Below are positions 40,401 through 57,230 of a stretch of DNA of 64,000 nt, in pieces. Below the pieces are notes generated by a model. It was given only the letters and a program-made list of their open reading frames with translations, did not search any database and was not told the origin of the DNA. A program made the position numbers and the translations under genes. The stretch spans positions 1,177,576-1,241,575 of the forward strand of contig JBJCIZ010000028.1 of the NCBI GenBank assembly GCA_051294375.1, written 5' to 3'. Source of the DNA: Paraspadella gotoi (taxonomy: Eukaryota; Animalia; Chaetognatha). Position 1 is the first letter of the stretch, and the number at the start of each line of letters is the position of its first letter.

Positions 40401-42645
40401 TCCACTCTTTATTTTCTCCATCAAAAACAATATCAATGTTAATGATATCAGTAATAATAGAACATACCATTTTTACTCTTAGTTTTCTTTGACTTCTCAG
40501 TCATTTTAACATTCTGACAACTATAATCACCATTACATACATTCACGTTGTCCTTTCATACAAATAAATATTTTTATAGAAACATGAAACCACTTCATTG
40601 ATAGGGAAGAGCCTGGAACGCCAGGTGTGGTGGGAGGGAATAAACTAGACTGTGAGAGAGTCTTAATTAAAAACTTGCTATGATATTATCTCGTAAGAGG
40701 AGGCCTTAACCTTAACCTGTGCCATGGATATTGGACAAGGTCCAATATTGTCAGTGGTCACGGGAAATATAGCTTATTTAGATAATGATGGGATAATTCT
40801 TAAATTGGTAGAACCAATTACACATTTAATTCCGGACCTTGAGGGCAGAAAAGACATTGGAGGGAAATAAATGACTTATACCAATCAAGGCCATTTAACA
40901 GTTTAATATTTTAACCAAAAAGTAAAGTCAATACGATAAAAATAATAATTAAAATTCGTCAAATGAAAATATGATCTCCTTAAGACTATCGATAAAAAGG
41001 CAAGACAAATTTAGCGAGAATTATACAAAAGGACTGAATGCTCAAGGAACCAAGACCCACGATGCGAACAACATCTTTCTGTAATATACAAATAAATTTA
41101 AATCATTTAAGATTCATAGTTGATTACTCACGAGCCAATGAAATGAGAAAACAAGGACCACGTAACCACAACCACTGGCCTCCGCCCTCACCTGTAAGTG
41201 TCAACGGCGAGATCGACGAGGCCTTGCTCGTAATAAACGCAGGCGAGATTCCCGTGGACGACGGCGTGGGAGGGACTGAGGTTGAGGGCGCGGAGATAAG
41301 AGGCGACGGCGCGATCGTAGATCTTCGCCTCCTTCAAGACGTTGCCCAAGTTGATGTAGGCGTCGAGGAAACTGGGATCGAGGGACACCGCCTTCTCGAA
41401 GTGGTGGACGGCCAACCAGATCTTCGGGGAAGGGCAGAGTTTTTATTGCTTTAATTTCGGTAGAGAGAAGAATAAGAGGAGAGCAGAAAAGAAAAGAAAA
41501 GAAAGGAAAGCAGAAAGGTCAAGCAATAAACAAACAAACAAACTCAAAACAAGGTTTTAGTTGATTGTAATCCTGCTTTAAATCGCAGAAACAGAATAAA
41601 ATCTTTCCAACATGGTGCCCCCCCTTCCAATATATTCTCCCTTCCCATAAGGAGGATTTAAACAATAATTAATCCAACCAGTTAATAATAACCCATGATA
41701 ACACGATCTTCAAATTCACCTCGTTCTGCGCGTGAAAGACGCAACCAAGATTCGACCAAGCGACGGAGAAATTGGGTCGAGTCTCGATCGCCTTCAAGTA
41801 ACAAGACTTGGCCTCATCCAGGCGACCGAGGGCCTTGAGCAGGTTGCCCAGGTCGGAACGGACGCAATAGAGGTCGGGATTGTAGTGCAGGGCGGAGACG
41901 TAGGCCTCCACGGCGCCTTCCATGTCGCCGGCCGCAACCAATGCCGCCGCTAAGTTGATGTAGCTGCAATTATTATTTACTTTTTGAGAAAACTACATAA
42001 TTTATTTCTTAATAAAATGCTCAAGAATTTTTTTTGTAAGGATATTGCAAGTTAGTATTTAAATAGAGATTCCTTGTAGGAAATATAAAGATAAAATACT
42101 TGTATTTCCTACAAAAAAATATTTATTTAAATGCTTTATTAAATAATTATGTGGATTTAGTTGTTAAAATGTTAAAAATATAATAGCCTAACTACAACTA
42201 TTGATAGTCCCTTATGATTCAACTCCTTAACAAAACCCCTACCAAGTACCCACCCATCAATAAAATCCGTTTTGATCTTGACGGCATGGCGGTAATTCTC
42301 CAGCGCATCCGGCAACATCCCCTTCTCCTTGTAGACATTGCCCAGGTTGGAGTAGGCCTCGGCCAGGCGAGGATTGAGAGCGATGGCCTTTTTGGAGAAC
42401 TCGGCCGACTTCTCCAGCCGACGCGACTGGAAATTGATGGAGCTGAGGAGGAGGAGGCAGCCCGTGTTGTCGGGCTCTTGTCGGTGGAGGCGTAGGGCGT
42501 GCTGTTCGGCCCGTTCGTAGTTGCCCGATTGGTACTCCTTGTGAGCCAGCTCAGCCAACCCGGCGTGGTCCGCTGAACCGTCCCTGGAAAAGGCCGTGGC
42601 GGATCCGAGAGATTTCGGCGACTTGGGTCGACCAGGGTCCGCCAT
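37499..42645 (-). CDS. OGT: O-linked N-acetylglucosamine transferase (TPR array plus catalytic domain)
   Basis: TPR exons ([46 protein letters not shown]). Catalytic motifs [36 protein letters not shown] and [13 protein letters not shown] are intact. Confidence 0.97.
40585..40711 (+). repeat. Dispersed repeat family, degenerate partial copy 3 (OGT intron)
   Basis: Shares CCACTTCATTGATAGGGAAG, GAATAAAC.AGACTGTGAGAGA.TCTT.ATT and GGAGGCCTTAA with copies 1 and 2. Confidence 0.7.
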
Positions 42646-43468
42646 TTTGTAGAGGGCGGGGCGGATCTGGGTCCACCGGCGACGGAGTGTCACATACTCA
42701 AATTGTTTATTCTATTTCTTTAACATTTCGCTGTTAAGTTTTACCAAAAAAAAAAAGAAACAACGAATAACTTGATGTAAATTCGCGATAAGTCGCGCGC
42801 AGTAAAATGACAAGAATGACTGATGATCGACATTTGCCAAAAAAATGGAAAAGAAAAGAATCGATAAAAGGACACCAACAAATTCGGAGACAAAAAATCG
42901 CGATATATTTAGTATAAAATCTTATCACAACTAAATCGAGATATAGGCGGCCATTTTTTTTTCTTTTCGAGCTCTCACACTTCTTTATTTCTTTCAACTC
43001 TCACACTTATTTATCTCTTTCAATCTTTCACATAAGACGCTATATAGGACACCGCGGCACGGCGGGGACCTAATTGGTTAGGGATTGAAATTGGGCATTG
43101 GTCAAGCGGATCAGATATGGGGAAAGTCGCGAGTGGATGACCGGCTTCTTAATTTTAGGTTGAGAGAGACAGACGCAACAATTAAAAAAGCGGGAAAGCG
43201 CGAAAAAAAAAAAAAAAAAAAAAAAAATTAAGAGAATTTGATTTCAAGAGAAAACATTTCGTAAAATGGAGAGAGAAACATTATATCGAATCGAATAAAG
43301 CGCATCATCTTGTTTTTCGGCAAATCCAGAAAAAAACAAAGACGCGTCTTCTTTCCTCCAGGAAAAACGAATAATGCCGCCCAGAGGGTCTGGTAACTCG
43401 AGTCCCACACACTACACCATGTAGGTTTACACAGTGAACCGTATAAAATTTAAAAGAAAATTGATAAT

Positions 43469-48792
<5,324 letters not shown>

Positions 48793-49121
48793 TTTACAGT
48801 TGAGGGGAATGAGGGAATCTTTTTTTTCTATTTCACAATTTGAAAAATAAAAAAAATGAAAGACGAAATGAAAACCAAACAAATAAAAATTAAAAGAGGA
48901 AGCAACGAGAAAAAAAATCAAAAAAAACTTTCCTAATGATGGAGGTCAAGTCTTCGAATCACTAAAAGTAAAAAACAAATGAATAAACGGACAATGACAA
49001 TGATTTATTCATTGATAATCGATATTCCAAAAAGGAATGTAAGTCAGATGATGTATCTTCGCGACGATCTTCCCTCTCGCGTCCTTGTATTTGAGCTCTT
49101 TAGTTCAAGTCAAACATCGAA

Positions 49122-49131
49122 GTCACGTGAC
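49122..49131. promoter_or_regulatory. Perfect CLEAR-type E-box (GTCACGTGAC) upstream of ATG16L1
   Basis: Palindrome 330 bp upstream of the ATG, with CCAAT at ~49147. Function is inferred only. Confidence 0.45.
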
Positions 49132-50166
49132 ATTGAATTATGAGCGCCAATCACTTAAGAGGAGTACGACGACACTAAGACAATTATTTTATTTCATTTT
49201 TAAGAATTCCCCAAATGTCAAAATCTTAATTCTCGTGAACTAAATGCACAATTGACAATTAAAATAACAATTTTTCGACGTTTGGGCTTCGAAAAAAAAA
49301 AAAGCAAAATACATCAAGTGACTTGACAAAAACTTTAATCATCAAGAGCTAAAACTAACCAATTATACAAACATATAAATAAAATACAAAATAACATTCT
49401 AATCGACTAAAAGAACCTTAGACAAAACCATTTATTTTGTGCTTTTTGCAGACAAAAATAGATACTATACAAAAAAGTATTGTTTTTGGCAAAAAGAATT
49501 ACTCTAAAACAATTGCCCGATCCTTTACGTCCAACACCAAAACCACATGTTCAGTCGAGAACATGAATACTAGGGAAATGCTGGAACTGACTGACAAATC
49601 CCAAAAAAGGATGTCGATCACTGTTACATAACCATATCCTTAGCCATAGTGTGTCCAAAAACAGGGGCAAGATAATTGGTTTATTAAAGAAATGTATAAT
49701 TCTTATATTGGTAGCACCCATTTCATAAATTATGACATCAACCTCATTAAACTAACTGCATAGAAAACATAGGACGCTCCAATTGATAGTAGATTCCGCT
49801 ATTAAATTATAACTAATTTAAAATTATGTTTAAATTTAAAAGGAGGACATGAAAAAGTCAAATGACATTTTCAAGATCCACTACATCACCAAATTAGGAA
49901 GAATTTAACTGGGATTAAAAAGCGTCACAACATTTATATCTAAAAATAAATATCAATAGAGAAAAGAGAAACTTTTGATATTCTTTTTCATATTAGTTCG
50001 TTTTCTTTTTTTAAACTGGAATAACAATGATCCTCGAATGGCTTGCAACCAAAAACGAAAAAATCCATTTGGATTGCGAAAAGGCAATTTCGGTGCTGCT
50101 GTAGTGGCTGAAGTGGTTGTAGTGGCTGACGTGGTTGTAGGAATGCAATGAGAGAGTCGCTTGCCG

Positions 50167-51857
50167 CTACATCCTCGATCCACCGCTGATTAAAGACTGC
50201 CAAAGGAAAGAATACAAAAAAAAAAAAAAAATTCGAATTCGATTATTTATCAAATTAGTGATTTAGTTTTTTTTTAACAATAACACTTTTCTCATCGATA
50301 ATAATTCATCAGTAAAAAGACTACGATTTCTTAAACTAATTAATCAAAACACGAAACAATCTTATAATAAATAGACTAAAGATGAAGGGGACTACTTACT
50401 TTGACTCGATCGGTTAATTCTGGATCCTTGAGTCCGTTTCCTTTGGGTCCGTTGGAGACGGGATATTCTTTGGACACGATACAAATGTATTCAGAGTGAT
50501 CGTCCGTCCCGTAAGAATAAGGGGAACTAATGCTGCACAACTGGAAAAACAAATCCAACCCATTCATATCAACAAATACTAAAATTAATCAATCAAAATT
50601 AATTATTTTTTTTACATTAGTAAATACTAAAATTAATGAATTAAAATTAAACAATTTCTTAACCTCAACAAATATTAAAAGCAAGGCTTATTGAATCGTG
50701 TAACACAAACACACCTGCTCAAACTTCCACCCGTCCGACATGGTGGACATCATCTGCGTTAACTCTGTCTCTTGACATTGAATGACTCGGTAAACGTTTT
50801 TCGGTTGCGGCTTCACTTTTCCCAATTCTCTCTCCGCGATTTTCTCCTGACATCAAAATATCATTTTATCCCTCAGTCTCGTTTCGCCTTTGCACATTGC
50901 AGAATAAAATTAAGACGGATTACAATAATATTAGTTTAAAAAATAATGTTGAATCGGTAAAGGCCCCTCTTAACGTTAAGAGATTCATTATTATTATCAA
51001 TATTATTCATTAATCCACGAACACCTTGAGGAGCAAGACGAGTTCCCTCAGATTATAAAACTCTGCCTCTTCCAGAACACCTTCCTCCGCCAAATCCTTG
51101 TTGACGACGAGTTTCCCGTGTCTGAGGTAGTTGATGATCGGACCGAAGTATGAAGGGTCGCGGTCGATGAGGAAGGCACCCGTCTCGTCCTATAATCAAA
51201 GATATTTACATTTATTTCAATTAATATCATTAATTATCATTCAATTTAATCACGATTTTTACTTTTTAATCTTCGTTATTTTCACGGAAACGAGGAAGAT
51301 TTCCATCGGTCATTCTCCTTCCCCCCAAATAATTCATTTTTTTTTAGCGCCAAATTTTAGTTGCAATTCTGTAAGTCACTTTTCAATCGGTCGGTCAGTC
51401 TGTCGGTTGGAGGGTTTATCCGTCAATCCATTGGTCTAAGTAGTCACGTGATTATCCGCAAATACACTGCCGCGCAACACATTTGAATTGCCGCCGTTCT
51501 TATTTAAAAAAAATGTTTTGAATTTGTTCATCCTCTTTTGCTTTTTTTATCCCTGGAGCTCCCAAAAGGATTTTGGACAGGCTATGTGACTAACGAAGGC
51601 AAGGCAAGGCAAGGCAAGGCAAGGCAAGGCGAAGGAAACGAACCTTATCCGTGTGAAGGTCCGGGGCTGGATTGTCTTGACAAAGGCGAGTGAAGAAAGA
51701 GTCAGGATCTCGACAAAGAGTTGATCTCGTCGTGAGAAAATAAGTTCCTCCGATGTTGAGTCGAATCCATTCTTTATTTCTGTCGCATCCACCGCATTGA
51801 ATATTCTCTGCACAACAAGAAAATCCACTCGTACAAATTGATACTCAATCATTGCTT

Positions 51858-51913
<56 letters not shown>

Positions 51914-52108
51914 GCTCTACCGCAACGTTCCTTCCCCGCTTCCCCCCCCTTCGCTCTAAAACCTCAAACATATATTTACAAAATAAATTAATATATATTT
52001 ATAAATATATGTAAAATGATATCAATTACCGGGCAGTTTATTGGGCGAGGCGAGGCTTTGGGCGGAGCAAGTGCTGCTCTTTCGTTTCAGATCCAAGTCT
52101 AAATCCAT
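50167..52108 (-). CDS. KCTD5: BTB/POZ domain protein of the KCTD2/5/17 (insomniac) family, 6 short exons largely missed by the ORF track
   Basis: Reconstructed exons encode [102 protein letters not shown] and GSRM*. Confidence 0.93.
51864..51911. repeat. (CT)n microsatellite in the first KCTD intron
   Basis: Perfect dinucleotide run; a (GCAAG)n run also lies at ~51597-51630. Confidence 0.95.
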
Positions 52109-53719
52109 GATGACTTTAGAGTTCGCGATCATTAATCAATGTTTTGTTAATGGAGTTTGTTTAGTTGGGTTTGACATTTACCATCCAGTCGCCCCACTGA
52201 CATGTCAATAGTCAAACATAACTATTTTATCCATGGGTAGCAAAAAATAAAAAAAAATAAAAAAAAGGTGTAAAATTCCGAATTAAAAAGAAACAAAAAT
52301 AACATTTTTTTGGTTATATTTTTCTTTTCTGTTCGACAAGATTTCAAAATTGTCAACTACTTTTATTTTGTCATCTTTATTAGTTTTAAATGTTTTAAAT
52401 TTCATAAAATTTTAAAGGTAACTCACCTCAGGCAAAAGGCAGTCTCTCTCTCAACCCCAACCCCCTCGATTAGATTAACAATAAAAGTTTTGTAGGGAAA
52501 GTAAGGAAAGGCAACCAACAAACCAACTAGTATGTCAGTTTAGGTCAGTTAAATGCAGTCAACAATTTAAGGCGATTGAAATCTATTTTTAATTCTGTAA
52601 AATCGCGATAATAAAAAATATACAAATTAATGGATTGGAATGAACTCAATTTATTTATTTATCACAATAACTATCACACTTGTTTAACAAGTTTCACTTT
52701 GTATTTGTGATTTCATAATGTTTTCAAATAAAAGTAGAGCAATACGGCAATAGAACAAAATAAATTGGGGTAATAATTTACCGCAAATGCAGGAAAAGAG
52801 GTGAAAGGCAACACAAAAACCTAAAAAACACTTAATGTTAAGATAATCGAAATTATTTGTGAGAAAGAAAATTTAAGAAGAAAAAAGGTAATAAAAAAAA
52901 GGAAAAAATAAGAAGGAGAGCTAAAGAGGCAAGAGAAAAGGCAAATAATAGTTCGTTGCAACAAAAATGCTACAACAAAAAAATAAATACTTTCTTAAAC
53001 TGATTTGTTTGTTTAGATAATAACCGTGACGCGAAGAAAACTAAAAATTGATTGACTTCATTTAAAACTAACAAATACGACTTAACTTTTCTAAACAAGT
53101 CAATCGAAACTACGTATAGTTACTACAATACTACAATTACTACCTACGATATGGTCGCCAGAAAACCTAATTAGCTTCTTCAGGGTAAAGTGGAGCTCAA
53201 CGGACCACACAGAGTAGAAAATAAACTTTTTTTCTCAACCAAAAATTCAAAAAAAAATTTTTAAAATCTTATTACAACTAAAGTAAATCAAGAACAAAGA
53301 AAACAATTTAAGACTAAGAATAAAAACTTAAAAAACGATTGTGGATCGTCGACTCAAATGATAAAAAATATGAATTTTTTTTCCTTCACTTCATACAAAA
53401 AAAAATGGATGATAAATTTAAAGAATCTCATAGATTAAAGAAATAAGAAACAAGAGGATAACGTTTAAAAGGACAAAAAGGAATAAACTCAACCGAAGGG
53501 GAACCAAATTCGCGATGAATAGCAGATCGGATTTGAGTCTTGGCCAACAAGAGTCCGAGTCTCTATGCGTCCATTGCCAGTCCGAAGATGTTGGGCGTCT
53601 TATCGGACGAAACGAATATTTGGTGGGAAGGAAGGAAGTCTCTTTATTTTCATAAACCTGGAATTGACAAAAAAAGAAAATGGATTTGTGGGGGGAAATT
53701 GTCATTTGGTGGGCGAAGC

Positions 53720-56700
53720 TCAATTGTCGATGGTGACGAGAGAGAGCGTGGGCAATTCCTGTCGGCTGACCAGAGCGTGAAAGATTTCCGTGATCAAATG
53801 AGGATAAGATTTTTCCAGATTCGTCCATCCGCTCGTCTGTCGCACGATTGAAACTCGTTCCACGATGAAGTCGATCGCTCGATCCTGAGGAAAAAGAAAA
53901 TTCAAAAAATGAAATTAGATCGAGAAAGATTTCCTTCGCTCAATCACCCACGGATCTTTTTTTTACTTCAAATTTTGCAAATGCATACGTTGTATAAATA
54001 CCTAAATACCCTTTTAAATGCCCCAAACTCCCATAAAAAACTCTCTAAATTGTAGATTTCGGAATCCCTTCATTTTTTGAGCATCCCGAGTTAAGAGTCG
54101 GCCGCCATCTTGATCACCTTCAACCCTTTGGCGCTGTGGAGATGAGAGAGGACGAGCGTGTGGGCGATCGTCTCGACCGAAAAGTTTTTCTCCAACGAAC
54201 TCTCGCACATGCAGCGGAGTCGAGTCAGGCCGTACTTGTCCGCCGCGGCTGAAAGTGGCAAAAATAAATCTTTAATCTTATTTACATATTATAGCATTTA
54301 CATAATACATTATTTTCAAATTTTACGAGTACAGAATGAATAAAGCAAACTGGTAAAGTTACTCAGAGAAGATTATTATAGAATTTCTTAAGATTAAGAG
54401 CAAATATTATAACAATACCCAGCAGTTCGTCGGGTCTCTCGTCGATGTCCGTCACTTGTCCAGTGTAGATGTATTCGAGCATCTGGGCGAAGGTCTCCGC
54501 CTCAACGTCCGTCAACGCGATCTCTTCCGCGTTCTTCTCCGCCATGTCGACGGAGAACATGGCGCTCAGCATGGGAGAACGGGCCGCCAGGATTGTTCTG
54601 AAGGAGAACAGGGGGTTGAGTTTGAGAGAATGGGCCGCTAGGATTGTTCTGAGGGAGAACAGGGGGTTGAGCATGGGAGAACGGGCTGCGAGGATTGTTC
54701 TGAGGGAGAACATGGGGTTGAGCATGGGAGAACGGGCCAAAAACATAATATTGGGGGGGGGAGAGGAAAAAAGGAAAGTGCCGAGCACATTTGTAAAAAT
54801 GGTTCGAGAGATGAAAGATAAAAGAAGACCAAGTTGTGAGAAACGGGGAGAATTGTTCGAAAAGAGAAAAGAGAAAAAGAAAGCATGACCCACAGCACAA
54901 GACAGAGAGAATTGATGAAAAGAAGAGAGTGAGAAGAGAAAAAGGATTGTTCTGAATCTAATGAGGACAATGAAAACATTCGCTCAGGATGGAGGAATAG
55001 GGAGAGAAGAATTCTCTGAGAAAAAGAGGCGCAAAGGCCAAAGCATGAAGGAGAGAACAATGAAAATCAAGGAAGCAAAAGAAAATCCCGAGAAAACCAA
55101 CTCCCTAACTTGTGAGCTTGAAAGGTCTTCCCGCCGGCGAGGAGTTTGATGTCGGCGTGCGTGGCGGCGGGATCTTCCCAGAGGGATCGGAGGTCGGCCG
55201 ACAAGTCGCAGGGCGGGATGACGATGTCGGGAGAGAGTCGAGCGACCGAAGAGGAATTCTTAAAGGATTCGCTCCAGAGCAAAGATCGCCGTAGACGCAG
55301 AGGGTGTCGTTTGGAATGAGGCCGTCTGAGGAGAGGGGGTGGGGGGAGAAGAAGAAGAAGACAGAGGAAGGGAGGGGGGAAAGAGAGGAGGAAGGGGAGG
55401 GGGGAAAGACAGAAGGGAGGGGGGGAAAGACAGAGGAGGAAAAGAAAATCAAAAAAGAGAGGAAGAGGAGAAAAGAAAGAATTTGGGTTAGGATCGCCAA
55501 GAATTAGGTAAAGGAGGAAGAAAGAGAGAAGATAAAAAGGAGAAGTCAGGGAAATGAAGGAGGAAAGAGATTTGTTATATAACAAAAAAAATATTGACTT
55601 TATTTTCCTCTAATATCAAACACAAAGAATTGAAAGAAACAAAAACAAAAACAAAAAAAAAGTGAAAAACGAAAGAAAACAAACCTCGTTGCATGTCTTG
55701 CAATTTGGGCAAAGAAATTTGAATTCCGCATCTCACGTCGAACTTTCGCGGACCGAACGGCGTCGGCGGCATCGGCACTACTTCAGGCGCCGACTCGCCG
55801 GCCGCGCCGCCGGGATTTTCCGGAACTCTGACGCCGAGACAACCGCGGACCCAGAGTTCCCGTTCGGCGTCTTTGGCGTTCAACCGGATGCAGAGGCGAG
55901 GGGATTCTGTTCGTTCCCCGGTTCCGAGTTTCATGCGGCAGACCTTGAACGAGGGGAGTGGATAACCGAAAGTTAATTTAATTATCTGTACTAGACTAAT
56001 AATAATGTCGATATTAATAAGAATAAAGACAATACCAAAAGCCAGGAGGAAGTTCCAATGTCTTTGTCTTTAACGTCGAATTGATCGCTCCTGATTTCTT
56101 CGCCGATGCTGTAAACGAAACTGAAGGAAAGAAGAGGAAATAATATTAAACTATTAACTAATTTCTTTTACCGCTTTTTTTAGAAATAAGTGAAAAACCT
56201 GAAATTGTGAATGGTCCACGTGTGCGAGACTCTGACAGACTTGGATTCGGTGACCGACCAAGATTCGAGCGTGGACGTCGACGGCGCGGAGACGCTTAAC
56301 GAACGCGACACGGCTGGAGAAGAGCAAGGCCAAGGGATCAATTCAATTAATTATCATTTATTAAAGAAAGAACAATATTTTATTCTCATTTACTTATCAT
56401 TTTGGTTCATTTCAACGCCCAGAGGCCGCGATATTTATGCAATGAAGCATAAGTTTAATGGTTTCAAATTTCAATTCAATTCAATATCCTTTTCCTTTTT
56501 TGTTCGCAATTATTTGTTTGCTCCGTTTTCTTTCATTAAATATTAATATTAAATATTTTAACATTGCTTTCGCCACAAGTGTCACTGTGTCAGCCGTTAA
56601 TATTAATTTTGGTAATAAAAATTAGACGATGTTTTAAATAATTCCCCTTTTGGATGAACACGTGATCACATACCTTGCGGGTGTTGGGGAATCGGGACGT

Positions 56701-56725
56701 CGCCGCCCTGAACCAAAACCGCCAT
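53720..56725 (-). CDS. Divergent SPOP/roadkill-like MATH-BTB(-BACK) protein; apparent 1-nt frameshift near 55282
   Basis: ESWSVTESKSVRVSHTWTIHNFS, DGLIPNDTLCV, CDLSADLRSLWE..FQAHK|TILAARSPM..MLEYIYTG, AADKYGLTRLRCMCE and AIDFI..GWTNL..YPHLITEIF. The MATH domain is poorly conserved. Confidence 0.8.
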
Positions 56726-57230
56726 CTTGAGGAATCAATCGATTCTTCTTTCGTCTCTTTGTTTGTTTTTTTATTAAATCTTTAACCAATGTTTTGAATC
56801 CGTTTTCTAATTTTATTGATTGTCAATCATTGGTTTTTCTTTTTGGTTTTTTCAGTTTTTTTTCCGATTGGTTTCTTCCTTCAGTTTTGTTTTTTTTCAG
56901 TTTCAACGCAGTCAACTATTTCGCCAAAAAAAAAAAGAATTAGAGACATGAACGGCATTTTTTTTATGAACTACCAACTCGCACAAATTGATTTTATTTG
57001 GGTGGAGATTGTTAAATGTAAAAGAAAAAAAAACTAATCAAATCATCATATAACCATACTCTTTTATTGGAAATAAACTATTCCAAAGAAAACCAAAAAA
57101 ACAATACAGACTAGGGATTAAAGAAAAAAAAAAGGTTGTAGGGCATAAAGACTAAGGAAAGATAAGGAGAAGCAGTAAAGGGCTCCTTCGGTGGAAAGCG
57201 TCGTCGTCGTCGTCGTCGTCATCGTCGTCG

